Assembly (NCBI GenBank): GCA_963845065.1
Contig: CAWJQQ010000006.1
Span: forward strand, 64,001-128,000
Reading direction: 5' to 3'
Length of the DNA stretch: 64,000 nt
DNA from: Nitrospirota bacterium
GTDB lineage: Bacteria > Nitrospirota > UBA9217
In this document: positions 41,741-52,125 of the stretch, one piece after another
Position numbering within the stretch: the stretch's first letter is position 1
How the letters are laid out: each line of letters opens with the position of its first letter
Translations under genes and position numbers: made by a program
Notes under the pieces: model-generated
What the model was told of the DNA's origin: nothing
What the model saw: only the letters and a program-made list of their open reading frames with translations
Databases searched by the model: none

Positions 41741-41873
41741 ATGAACCTCCTTACAGCAAGCTGCGTGGATATCTATACATAGGAAGACGATTATCAATTG
41801 AGAAACCTGCGGTTTCTCAAACTCACCCCTCTATGCGGTGACCCTGTAGCAAGCTACAGGGAATTATTGCAAG
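41741..41873 (-). mobile_element. Non-autonomous IS200/IS605 derivative (PATE-like, 133 bp)
   Basis: Minus strand reads TTTAA|CTT.., hairpin CCCTGTAGC-TT-GCTACAGGG, internal hairpin TTGAGAAACC/GGTTTCTCAA, second GCAGC-TT-GCTGT hairpin, ending GAGGTTCAT. Confidence 0.7.
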
Positions 41874-42373
41874 TTAAAGCCATTTAATTAGACAGACGTG
41901 ATGATAAAACGTAACTTAGCAATACCATAGACCGATAAATCCGAATAATGATTGATGGGCCCATAAGACGTTCCCTTCTTTCTGCTAAAATTAAATCAAA
42001 GATAAAAGACAATAGAGGGCTAACATTGTCCTCTTAATGTCTATATTGATTACAGCGATGATCAGAGGAATGGAGAAGTAGCATGACTTCAATAACTAAT
42101 CTGGTAACCACGTCTGCGGAGAGGGAACTCGTCATCAAATGCATGTTCAACGCCGCGCTGGCGCGCGTTCAGTGACTGGATCGATTAAAAATATTTATTG
42201 CTCCGTTGGAAGGGATCAAATAGTTCATGAACCCGGTCTACGAAATAGATGTGCGGCCGAGCTACCGTATCCTATCTACGTGCGCAAGTCGCTACTCAAA
42301 ATATCAATAAGCTATAGTATTCTTTTTAATATCACTTGTTTTCAGCTTATTTAGATATAGACGGAGGAATGAA

Positions 42374-44605
42374 ATGTGGAAAGATCGTACTGTACTAGAA
42401 TTATCAAAAATGGCAGTATTGGCGGTTCTGTCGTTTTGCTCAGTATTGTTACCGTCTATAACTTCTTGGACAGCACAAGGGGATATCGTAACCATTGCTG
42501 GTGGTAGTGTCGGCGATGAAGGCTCAGCGAAAAGCGCAATCACGAGATATCCAAGTGGTGTTTCCGTCGATTCCACGGGGAACATTTATATAGCTGATAG
42601 CGGTAACAATCGCATCCGCAAGGTGAATGCGTCGAACGGCGTGATCACGACAATAGCAGGAAATGGAATCCAGGGCTATGGCGGTGATAACAGCCCTGCC
42701 ACGTTGGCAAGCCTCTCTGATCCCACTGGTGTATCTCTCGATACGGTGGGCAACATCTACATAGCTGATAGCGGTAACAATCGTATCCGAAAAGTGAATG
42801 CATCGAACGGCGTGATTACTACAGTGGCAGGAAGTGGAATCCAGGGCTATAGCGGTGATAACAGCCCTGCCACGTTGGCAAGCCTTTCTGATCCCACTGG
42901 TGTATCTCTCGATACGTTGGGCAACATCTACATAGCTGATAGCGGTAACAATCGCATCCGCAAGGTGAAAGCATCGAACGGACTCATCACGACAGTGGCG
43001 GGAAATGGAAGCTATGGCTTCAGCGGTGATAACGGCCCTGCCACGTCGGCAAGGCTCTTTAATCCCCACGGTGTATCTGTCGATTCGGCGGGAAATATTT
43101 ACATAGCTGATAGCGGTAACAATCGCATCCGTAAAGTGAATGTATCGGTCGGCATGATCGTGACTATGGCAGGAAATGGCATATATGGCTTTAGCGGTGA
43201 TAATGGCCCTGCCACGTCGGCAAGCCTTTCTAATCCCCATGGTGTATCTGTAGATTCGGCGGGAAACATCTACATTGCAGATTCTGAAAACCAATGCATT
43301 CGTATGGTGAATTCATTGAACGGCATAATCACGACAGCAGCCGGGAATGGGTCAGCGGCCTTCAGTGGTGATAACGGCCTTGCCACGTCAGCAAGTTTCA
43401 ATTATCCTATTGGTGTATCCGTCGATACTGCGGGTAACATTTACATAGCAGATGAAGACAACAATCGCATCCGGAAAGTGAGTACAGCGACCGGCATGAT
43501 TACAACGGTAGCGGGAAATAGGATTTATGGCTTCGGCGGTGATAGCGGCCCTGCTACGTCGGCAAGCATTTATAATCCATCAGGTGTAGCCGTCGATTCT
43601 GCGGGTAACATCTACATAGCGGATGAAGGCAACAATCGCATCCGGAAGGTGAATGCCTCGACCGAAGTGATCACAACAGTGGCGGGAAATGGATCAGCAA
43701 CCTTCAGGGGTGATAATAGCCCTGCTACGTCGGCAAGCCTTTATAATCCATCAGGTGTAGCCGTCGATTCCGCAGGAAACATTTACATAGCGGATGAAGG
43801 CAACAATCGCATCCGGAAGGTAAATGCCTCGACCGAAGTAATCACGACAGTGGCGGGAAATGGATCAGCAACCTTCAGTGGTGATGGCGGCCCTGCCACG
43901 TCGGCAAGCCTCAATTATCCTACTGGTGTAGCTGTCGATTCTACGGGAAACATCTACATAGCGGATAGCAACAATAACCGCGTCCGGGAGGTGAATGCAT
44001 CGACAGGGGTAATCAAAACGGTAGCCGGAAATGGATCAGCAACCTTCAGCGGTGATAGTGGCCCTGCCACGTCGGCAAGCCTCAATTATCCAACTGGTGT
44101 AGCCGTCGATTCTACGGGAAACATCTACATAGCGGATAGCAATAATAATCGCGTCCGGGAGGTGAATGCATCGACCGGAGCGATCACAACGGTAGCTGGA
44201 AATGGGACTGCAACCTACGGCGGTGATAACGGCGTTGCTACGTTGGCAAGTCTCAATTATCCTATTAGTGTATCCGTCGATGCCGCTAGAAATATCTACA
44301 TTGCGGATACCTATAACGATAGCGTTAGGAAGGTGAATGCATCGACCGGCATGATTGCGACAGTGGCAGGGAATGGAACTTATGGCTTTAGCGGTGATAA
44401 CAGCTCTGCCACATCGGCAAGCCTCAATTATCCCAGCGGTGTTTCAGCTGATGCGACGGGAAACATCTACATAGCGGATTTCTACAGCAATCGCATCCGG
44501 AAGGTAAATGCATCGACCGGCATGATCACAACAGTAGCCGGAAATGGGACTGCAACTTTCGGCAGCGACAACGGCGCTGCCGCGACTTCAAGCTCAATTA
44601 TCTAA
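42374..44605 (+). CDS. Secreted NHL-repeat protein (12 x 56-aa repeats), probably truncated at the C-terminus
   Basis: Signal peptide; twelve PxGVxVDxxGNIYIADxxNNRIRKV..ITTVAGNG..SGDxGPATSASL units. Confidence 0.9.
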   Translation: MWKDRTVLELSKMAVLAVLSFCSVLLPSITSWTAQGDIVTIAGGSVGDEGSAKSAITRYPSGVSVDSTGNIYIADSGNNRIRKVNASNGVITTIAGNGIQGYGGDNSPATLASLSDPTGVSLDTVGNIYIADSGNNRIRKVNASNGVITTVAGSGIQGYSGDNSPATLASLSDPTGVSLDTLGNIYIADSGNNRIRKVKASNGLITTVAGNGSYGFSGDNGPATSARLFNPHGVSVDSAGNIYIADSGNNRIRKVNVSVGMIVTMAGNGIYGFSGDNGPATSASLSNPHGVSVDSAGNIYIADSENQCIRMVNSLNGIITTAAGNGSAAFSGDNGLATSASFNYPIGVSVDTAGNIYIADEDNNRIRKVSTATGMITTVAGNRIYGFGGDSGPATSASIYNPSGVAVDSAGNIYIADEGNNRIRKVNASTEVITTVAGNGSATFRGDNSPATSASLYNPSGVAVDSAGNIYIADEGNNRIRKVNASTEVITTVAGNGSATFSGDGGPATSASLNYPTGVAVDSTGNIYIADSNNNRVREVNASTGVIKTVAGNGSATFSGDSGPATSASLNYPTGVAVDSTGNIYIADSNNNRVREVNASTGAITTVAGNGTATYGGDNGVATLASLNYPISVSVDAARNIYIADTYNDSVRKVNASTGMIATVAGNGTYGFSGDNSSATSASLNYPSGVSADATGNIYIADFYSNRIRKVNASTGMITTVAGNGTATFGSDNGAAATSSSII

Positions 44606-45329
44606 TTTTTTTAGTCGTTAACTCCGTGGAAAACATACAAATAGTGACTTATGGTAACCGAATTTTGAACATAACGTAGTTTTTCCACCTGGTCGACATT
44701 ATTTTAATTGCCGTATTTTATGCGTGACTTCCCACCATATAAATCGGGGTGTAGAGTCTGTTTTTGTTTTCATATTAAGCTGAAAATATGTATTACTGCG
44801 TTTCTTTAGCCGTATCATGAGCATCCCTGCATGGATCAAGATTGTGTAATGGTTAACCAATGTTGGCAGAATCAGATAGTGTGGGCTCGGGTGCAGGAGG
44901 AGTGAATGACGAAGGGTTGGAAGCGGCTGGTTCGAGCGACAACCCTAAAGTCCCAGTTATTAAGATCGTGCATCGTTTCAATGAGTATTGCTTCCCTTTT
45001 CGTGTTCGATGATCTTTCGCGTGAACCATATTACGGTAGGTTGAAAAGCTTTTCTATTGCGTTCTACCTCGTTAAATGCCCACAGATTCAGCGGAGCAGA
45101 CAATATCCTAACCATATAACCCTCTGGGGTTACTCAAATGACCGCAAATCTGCTCCGCGTTTAGTCCTAACATTTCTGCTTAAAGCTTTAAAGCCCGCCT
45201 GAACGGAAAGCCTGCAATCTGACATGCGTATTATTTATATTGTGGTTAACGGTATTACTTCATTAAACTTTTTATCGCCACTGGTGTCTAGAATCTATAG
45301 AAGACAGTGGATAAAGAGGGGAATTGGGC

Positions 45330-45650
45330 ATGAAAAATGCGAATTTATATTTTCGTGGCTGTTATTGTACCGTTCCTTGTCGGAATCTCACAGGTTATGC
45401 ACATGGAGGTGTGAGTATAGGTATTGGCAGCGGGCCATGGTGGACGCCGCCCTTCTCTCCTTTTTATTACTCGCAGCTGCCCGTTTGTTATCCAGCAACA
45501 AGCTCTCATAAACAACAGGCGTCCTGGGGAGAAGTACAGCGGTATTAATGGTAATGCGGGCAGGAATCTAATGCTTATAATCCATGTTTGAAACAATGTA
45601 CCAGTGGCTCGATAAAGGTTGTTCCAATCTCGAGTCCGCCGAAGGAGTAA
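45330..45650 (+). pseudogene. Eroded small Pro/Tyr-rich exported protein gene upstream of the glycine-zipper lipoprotein
   Basis: HGGVSIGIGSGPWW..PFYYS followed by an out-of-frame KQC..KVVP-like tail; multiple breaks. Confidence 0.4.
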
Positions 45651-45656
45651 TAGCTC

Positions 45657-46592
45657 ATGATGACATTTAAACTAAGCATCTTAATATCTTTTGCTCTTCT
45701 GGTGGTGGGTGGCTGTGCCACGATGCCAACGGGGCCGAGCGTCAACATCTTGCCAACCCCGGGAAAGCCTTTTGACACATTCCGAGCCGAGGATGCGACC
45801 TGCAGGCAGTGGGCACAACAACAACTTGGGGTATCGGCCCAGCAGACCTACGATCGTAACGTTGCTTCAGGAGCAGTCGCGGGCACGGCAATTGGAGCTG
45901 GGCTGGGTGCCGCCATAGGTTCAGCCTCCGGCCACGCTGGAGCAGGTGCCCTCATTGGTGGTGCATATGGACTTCTCTTTGGAACGTCAGCAGGGTCAGA
46001 TTCAGGCAGAGTTTATGGCAGGACAGCCCAACGCAGATATGACAATGCCTATGTCCAGTGTATGTATTCCTACGGGAATCAGGTACCCGGATACCGCCCT
46101 TATGTAGCTGCACCTCTTCAATCCGGTGTTGCCGCGTCTCCTCCCCCTCCACCTCCTGTTATGCCTGAAGCAAATGAGCTACCTCCAGTTACACTCTCTG
46201 CTCCCCCTGAGGAGTACCCACGAACTGGGCAATATACACCGCCACCAGAGGTTTATTTTGACGAATCACCTCAGTTCCTTTATTCGCCTTCGCTCAATTT
46301 GTATGTTGCAGTCGGAGTTCCTTATGATCTTGTTTATACTGGGCGTTATTACTTCTACTTTTACGGTGGACGTTGGTATCGGGGGCCATATTACAACGGT
46401 CCGTGGGGGCTTGCTACGGGGAGACATTTCCCGCCGGCTTTACTCAGGTACCGAATTGACCAAATTCGATATTACCGTGACGTCGAGTTTAAACGATATG
46501 AGCACGATAGAGCGCACTATGATGGACGAATCCACCATCCCGAATTTCATGGTAGAAAAAAGGAAATAGAGCTCAATGAAGAACATAAGTAA
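45657..46592 (+). CDS. Glycine-zipper lipoprotein with Pro-rich linker and Tyr/Gly-rich C-terminal domain
   Basis: GGC lipobox, GAVAGTAIGAGLGAAIG zipper, QRRYDNAYVQCMY. Confidence 0.8.
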   Translation: MMTFKLSILISFALLVVGGCATMPTGPSVNILPTPGKPFDTFRAEDATCRQWAQQQLGVSAQQTYDRNVASGAVAGTAIGAGLGAAIGSASGHAGAGALIGGAYGLLFGTSAGSDSGRVYGRTAQRRYDNAYVQCMYSYGNQVPGYRPYVAAPLQSGVAASPPPPPPVMPEANELPPVTLSAPPEEYPRTGQYTPPPEVYFDESPQFLYSPSLNLYVAVGVPYDLVYTGRYYFYFYGGRWYRGPYYNGPWGLATGRHFPPALLRYRIDQIRYYRDVEFKRYEHDRAHYDGRIHHPEFHGRKKEIELNEEHK

Positions 46593-46969
46593 AACAGCTG
46601 ATGATAAGAACACCAAACGCGGAAAGTGGTCATACCGCCCGTTTTTTTCTGCTTTCGATTTAGATTCGATTCCAAACACAGATTACACTGCAATATGTTT
46701 TTTCCCAATTTCAAATGATGCAACTGGTACAGACTTCAGAAAGGTTTTTGTTCTGAGTGCTTCAAATATACTCCTTATATTTGATCGATCCTTGCCCGCA
46801 TGAGGGTATACCGGCGCTGCCCGCTCTTCTTTCCAGCACAAATACTTTGCCGAAGCACACACAACAAGGAATATTGAAAGGATTAAATCATCTGAAAGGT
46901 ATTACCGCAGGGCATCACTGTCAGACTCGTACCCATATTCATCATCGCCCACACGATCAGAAGAAGAGC

Positions 46970-47527
46970 CTACTTACCAAGACTCAGGCAAACAGATATA
47001 ACTCGGGTAAGGCCTTTTCCAAGGATTGTATGAGAAAGAATAGTTATAGTAGTAAGGGGAATAGTATGGCTCAAAGTAGTATGTCGGTTCCTGCCAGAAA
47101 TAGATTTGTTTGATTTCAATCACAGGATAGACATATTCCATATCATCGATCTTGCCCTTTCGAGATTCGATGAATTCGCCTGCGAGCGTTATCTCCCTGC
47201 TCTTCTTCTAGATGACTGGATCGAGCAGTCTCTCCGACTTCGGTGAAATCTCCAGGAACCTTCTGCCCGATCGCTCGCCTTCTACCAGATACCCAAGGGA
47301 GTCAACGGGTACATAGAGCGTCTCGATCTGCGTTCCCGTTGAGAAAAGCTTGCTGTTTACGATCACGCAGCCAAGGATGAAAAGCCTGCCCTTATAGCTT
47401 TCTGGGGCGTCCCAGAGCTGATCCCTTAGTACACCCCGAAGCCCTCCCTCATCAGATCCCGGTTCAGTACTGGCGCGTACGCCACAAGAAGCAGTACTGA
47501 TTTCAGTAGACTCAATGCGCGTTTCAT
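46970..47527 (-). pseudogene. Slp-family outer-membrane lipoprotein pseudogene
   Basis: MKRALSLL.. then PESYKGRLFILGCVIVN..GRRFL..LLDPVI*KKSREITLAGE..GKIDDMEYVYPVIEIKQIYFW; frameshift and internal stop. Confidence 0.7.
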
Positions 47528-47724
47528 ATAATTATTATCCCATGAAGGAAAAGAAGGTGTCAAGGCTCGTACTTTTATAATACTGTGGATCTATTCACTG
47601 ACACCCTCACCGATTATAAAAGCGGGCGGTCTTCTTAAACTAATAACCCGTTTCACGGCAAAATTAATTGCATAGCTCTTCTTTCCATGTTATAGTAATA
47701 ATACTATCGTCGGGAGATGAGTCT

Positions 47725-47988
47725 ATGCCTTCGAACAAAAAGAAAATCAAACTCTACACCCTCAGCACGTGTTCGCACTGCAACAAAACCAAGCGTTTTT
47801 TCAAAGAAAATGATATCGACATTGAGTTTATTGACGTAGATCTGCTTTCTGGAGTCCAGCGCGAACTCATCATGGATGAAGTGAGAAAAGTAAACCCCGA
47901 TTGCAGCTTCCCCACCATTTGCATTAACGAGGTCATCGTTGTTGGTTTTAACGAAGAAAAGCTGCGCAAAGCATTGGATCTGAAATGA
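47725..47988 (+). CDS. Glutaredoxin-family protein
   Basis: LYTLSTCSHC, SFPTI, VGFNEE. Confidence 0.9.
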   Translation: MPSNKKKIKLYTLSTCSHCNKTKRFFKENDIDIEFIDVDLLSGVQRELIMDEVRKVNPDCSFPTICINEVIVVGFNEEKLRKALDLK

Positions 47989-48317
47989 CCCCAGACAAGC
48001 TGTTCGATATCCTAACAAAATATGCAGAATCTCAGGGCATCCATCTGAACAAGGATAAGATTTTTGTCATGGATATCCTACAGGGTCTGCTAACGAACGA
48101 GGCACGCTACGGCTACCGCTCTTGTCCCTGCCGCCTCGCCTGGGGTGTAAAGGAAAAGGATGCTGACATCGTTTGTCCTTGCATCTATCGCGACCCTGAC
48201 ATTACAGAGTTTGGGAGCTGTTTCTGCGGCCTCTACGTTTCGGCGGCATGGAACGAAGGAAAGATCGAGCACAGACAGGTTCCCGAGCGAAGACCGAAAA
48301 AAAAGCGAGTAATATAA
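47985..48317 (+). CDS. Ferredoxin:thioredoxin reductase catalytic subunit-like protein
   Basis: YGYRSCPCR, VCPC, GSCFCGLYV; ATGA overlap with the glutaredoxin. Confidence 0.92.
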   Translation: MTPDKLFDILTKYAESQGIHLNKDKIFVMDILQGLLTNEARYGYRSCPCRLAWGVKEKDADIVCPCIYRDPDITEFGSCFCGLYVSAAWNEGKIEHRQVPERRPKKKRVI

Positions 48318-48425
48318 ATATTTCGCAAGTAAGGGAAGGAACACTGCGAAGAGATCTTCAATGCTATGGGCTCTGCCCCTGGGCAGTTACTCACAAATGA
48401 CATCGATACATTAAAGGGACAGTAC

Positions 48426-48818
48426 ATGAAAAAAAAAGAGAAGAACCAAAAAAAAATTGACATGCCAGAATTCAACTTCAAGGAATTTACTGCCGAAGAA
48501 GGCAGAATTTACGAGGAAGCGGTGAGCAATTTCCGAGATGCTATCGCGGCAGGTAAAACACTGCGTCAAGCTTACGAAAGCTATCCAATTGGAAATAAGG
48601 AACTCGAAAAGCTGATCCAAGTTGATTTTCTGAAGATTCTCATCGCTGAACGGCATTTCGGCCAGCATCAAGCTATGGAGGATATCGCCAAAGCCCTCGA
48701 TGTTTCAGTAAGCCTTATCAAGGAGACCTATGCACGCATGCTCCAGGAAGTGGGCGTCACTGCGGCAAGCCAATTAGGCGAGGAGTTCAACGGAATCCTA
48801 CCGAAAACGAACGACTAA
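48426..48818 (+). CDS. Hypothetical protein (possible C-terminal HTH)
   Basis: Coherent 130-aa ORF containing DFLKILIAERHF..EDIAKALDVS. Confidence 0.65.
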   Translation: MKKKEKNQKKIDMPEFNFKEFTAEEGRIYEEAVSNFRDAIAAGKTLRQAYESYPIGNKELEKLIQVDFLKILIAERHFGQHQAMEDIAKALDVSVSLIKETYARMLQEVGVTAASQLGEEFNGILPKTND

Positions 48819-48988
48819 ACTTATCTTTTTTGGCCATTAGATTCCAGGAAAGCAAGGGAAAGCAAAAGATCAATTTTATTCAAGATTCTACTTCACGTCC
48901 CTCGCGAATTCAAGGTTGTTTTTTTTACGAACCCTTGTTTCCTCCTCGTCCTCTGCAGCCAACCAATCTTTTTTAGCAGAAAATTCTC

Positions 48989-49753
48989 ATGAGCTTCTTT
49001 ATCGGTTTTCTTGCTGGTTTTTTCGGAGGACTTATCGGCCTCGGCGGTGGGGTCATCATGATCCCACTCATGGTCGGCATTACCAAGTTAGATCAGCACG
49101 GCGCCCACGGTACAAGTCTCATTGCCCTGGTCTTTACCGGGATATCCGGCGCGATCGCTTACGACATGAAGGGATCCGTCGATGTTACCGCTGCCGCACT
49201 TCTCGCGACTACGGCTATAGTAACTGCACGCACCGGCGCTCACTTTGCTCTTTCTCTCCCCGGATGGAAACTCAAGCGGGCCTTCGGCGGTTTTCTAGTG
49301 TTTGCCTCACTACTTATGTTGAGCAACCCGGATCTCCCTCAGATTGCTGCCATAGATAGCAGTTGGCCGAGGATTCTGCTCTTCCTCATGACCGGAGTTG
49401 TTGCTGGATTCTTCTCTGGGATGTTGGGAGTGGGAGGCGGAACAATCATGGTACCGGCGATGGTTCTCCTTCTGGGATTCGGAGAGCTTACGGCTCAGGG
49501 AACGTCGTTGCTTGCTATGGTCCCCATAGGCGCCAGCGGCGCTTACACCCATTGGAAACGAGGCAACATTAGAACGAATCTGCTACCCCGATTGATCCCA
49601 GGAATCTTGATTGGGACTTATCTAGGCGGCACCCTGGCTCATGTTCTGACTGACAACCTCCTTCGGTTTATTTTTGCGGCGATGCTGATCTGGATCGGCG
49701 TGCAATATCTGATGACGAAAAGACCAGCCTCCTCATTACCCAAAAATTATTAA
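48989..49753 (+). CDS. TauE/SafE (TSUP) family exporter
   Basis: Duplicated GLIGLGGGVIMIP..AHGTSL / GMLGVGGGTIMVP..AQGTSL. Confidence 0.92.
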   Translation: MSFFIGFLAGFFGGLIGLGGGVIMIPLMVGITKLDQHGAHGTSLIALVFTGISGAIAYDMKGSVDVTAAALLATTAIVTARTGAHFALSLPGWKLKRAFGGFLVFASLLMLSNPDLPQIAAIDSSWPRILLFLMTGVVAGFFSGMLGVGGGTIMVPAMVLLLGFGELTAQGTSLLAMVPIGASGAYTHWKRGNIRTNLLPRLIPGILIGTYLGGTLAHVLTDNLLRFIFAAMLIWIGVQYLMTKRPASSLPKNY

Positions 49754-49918
49754 GATAAATCATAGTCCAAATTCGGTCACTATGTGATTTATCGCTGTTG
49801 ACAATGAGCATGATCGACGTAATGCCGTACGCGATATTCTTCATTGATACTGTTGAAAAATATTGTTTGCCGCAGTATCATACGTTCAGCATAAATCGTC
49901 AATCCACAAGGAGCACGT

Positions 49919-50170
49919 ATGAACGAAGCCCTGCGAGAAGAAGAGAAAAAACTCCGGATGCTAAAGTTCGTTGTGGACCTCAATATGGCGGTCCTAATGC
50001 AGCAAAGCGATCTTACCTTGCGTGAAGCGTTCGATATAATGAAAAATACAAAGCAAGCTGCGATGAACCTGTTCCCGGACAAAGAGCAAGTATTCGAGCT
50101 CATCTATTCTCCAAGATTTCGACGCATTATCAGGGACCGATTTGTCATTCGAGGAGGACTTGCAAGATAG
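49919..50170 (+). CDS. Small hypothetical protein
   Basis: SD AGGAG; helical 83-aa ORF ending LFPDKEQVFELIYSPRFRRII. Confidence 0.7.
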   Translation: MNEALREEEKKLRMLKFVVDLNMAVLMQQSDLTLREAFDIMKNTKQAAMNLFPDKEQVFELIYSPRFRRIIRDRFVIRGGLAR

Positions 50171-50982
50171 TTGCTCAAAATAAAGTCACGAAACGAAATT
50201 AATTTTTAATCTAAAATCGAGTACATTCATCTGCAGTTTGCTATCAATACTTTACTGAATTGTCCGATTTTTTTTCGACCGGTCGTGTTACTTCCGTCTT
50301 ATAAGAATCAATGCCAATCTCTGCATAAAAACATTCCGATCTTGCCATTTCTTCCGTATGCGCCGCATATGGATACATCTTCATGTACTTGATCCTGCTT
50401 TTTTCATCATACTCATACACCGCTTAGCCAATCATTGCTTCCCGTGCATTGACGACCACGCCTGAGCTCCGTTGCCCTCACAGGAAAGCTCGACATGACC
50501 ACGACGACGAATCCCGTTAAACCGCCGATCACGATGGGTGTTGTCAAGAGCGACAGGCCGACGAGCTCCTCCAATAATTAGCTGGTCTGCTCCTTTGATA
50601 TCGCAATAGGTGAACAGTAGAAGGCTGGTTTGAGCAAATTTTTACGGTTATATACGAGTGGTCAGCAGGGGATTTGAAAGTGGACTAGAGCTAGCGGTCA
50701 ATTATAGGTAATTAGTCCAATTCGTTGCGAGATGAGGCAGTATGCACAAAACTTGTCCTCATTCCTGCCCGGACGGTTGTCCAAAAAGTGAGTAAATAGG
50801 GGCAACAATGACTTTCATAGTCTATCTTATTCACCAAATAGGTAGTCTGTTTTTTGTTCAGAAAGATATTCCGTGTCGGCCTGGATTCGCTCGTTCATGC
50901 ACCCAATCGGAATCAGCAGGAGTGAACAGATGATCGACACAAGCGACTACGTGACGGACAGCTCCACGGCTGAAGGAAGAAA

Positions 50983-52125
50983 TTATGTCGAGGTCTTCCG
51001 TTCAAGTTCAATAACCGTAACTTCCGGCGAAGAAAGAAAACGAATCGGCGGGCCCCACGTACCCGTGCCCCGGCTGACATGCAGGAGGGACGCACCGCCA
51101 AGATCATAATTGCCCGCATTCAGCGGGAAAAAGATCTTTGTAAGCAGTATAAAAGGAAATATCTGTCCTTTATGCGTGTGGCCAGAGAGCTGCAAATCGA
51201 AGAGCCCGGTAGTCGAGCGGTCGATACTGGGCTGATGCTTCAGAAAGAGCGTAAACCGATCCCGCGGTATCGCTTCAAGTAGCTTTTTTCCCGATATCGG
51301 CTTTTGTAGATTCATCAAGACCGCTGTCCGGTCATCGACCCCTGCGATGGTAATCGGCCCGACGGGAATTGCTTCGTTATGAAGAACGGTAAAGCCCGCT
51401 TCTCTCGTGAAGGCAAGTGCCGTCTCGATCCCGGCGAAGTACTCGTGATTTCCTGTGATCGCGTAGTTCCCGTATTTCGTTTTTACCCCACGCAGAAGTT
51501 CAGCAAGACCCACGAGGTGGTTGATCTGTGCATCGACCAAATCACCGGTTGACAGGAAGATATCGGGTTTGGCCGCCTTGACAATCGCGAGCATTTTTTT
51601 GAGACGAACGCTCCGAATGATCAGGCCGAGGTGGATGTCGGAAATCTGGACGATCGTGAGACGTTCGATCCCGGCGGGCAGTTTCGCAGTCTTGATCGTC
51701 AACCGTTCAGTCCCGATCGTACGGGCTTCAAAATATCCGTAGACGCAAATACAGATAGAAATGACGAGGCTCGCGAGGAACGACGTTCGTGCTGAAAAAA
51801 GGTATGCGGAAACATTGGAATGCATCATCCAACCTGATGCACGGGTCACAAGGCCGGCGATGTCGAAGACAAGAGAGCCGCAGAAAAAGAGGAACAACAC
51901 AGCCATCCAAAGATAGGCAACATATGCGAGCACCCTCGCTGGGACGTCATAGTCAAACTGCTCGAGCGTGCGGATCAGGAACACTGCGAAGACCATTAAC
52001 ATCATGAATGCAGCAAGCACGATCCCCGTTGCCGGACCGAATGCCAGCGCGCTTCTTGCGTGCAGGAATGCATAGACGTGTGTTCCGCCGTAGACCACAA
52101 AGATAAAAAGAATGAAAAATCTCAT
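50983..52125 (-). CDS. Membrane-anchored metallophosphoesterase
   Basis: SDIHLG, GDLVD, GNHE, GHTH, SRGTGTWGPP. Confidence 0.92.
   Translation of the reverse strand: MRFFILFIFVVYGGTHVYAFLHARSALAFGPATGIVLAAFMMLMVFAVFLIRTLEQFDYDVPARVLAYVAYLWMAVLFLFFCGSLVFDIAGLVTRASGWMMHSNVSAYLFSARTSFLASLVISICICVYGYFEARTIGTERLTIKTAKLPAGIERLTIVQISDIHLGLIIRSVRLKKMLAIVKAAKPDIFLSTGDLVDAQINHLVGLAELLRGVKTKYGNYAITGNHEYFAGIETALAFTREAGFTVLHNEAIPVGPITIAGVDDRTAVLMNLQKPISGKKLLEAIPRDRFTLFLKHQPSIDRSTTGLFDLQLSGHTHKGQIFPFILLTKIFFPLNAGNYDLGGASLLHVSRGTGTWGPPIRFLSSPEVTVIELERKTST

Noticed and set aside
42524..43294. 256-aa repetitive minus-strand ORF
   Set aside because: Antisense shadow of the NHL repeats.
42540..44600. Regular 168-bp repeats considered as a CRISPR array
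   Set aside because: They are in-frame coding NHL repeats with no unique spacers and no cas genes.
50200..50870. Possible eroded membrane-protein gene
   Set aside because: Hydrophobic fragments exist but no family could be recognised.
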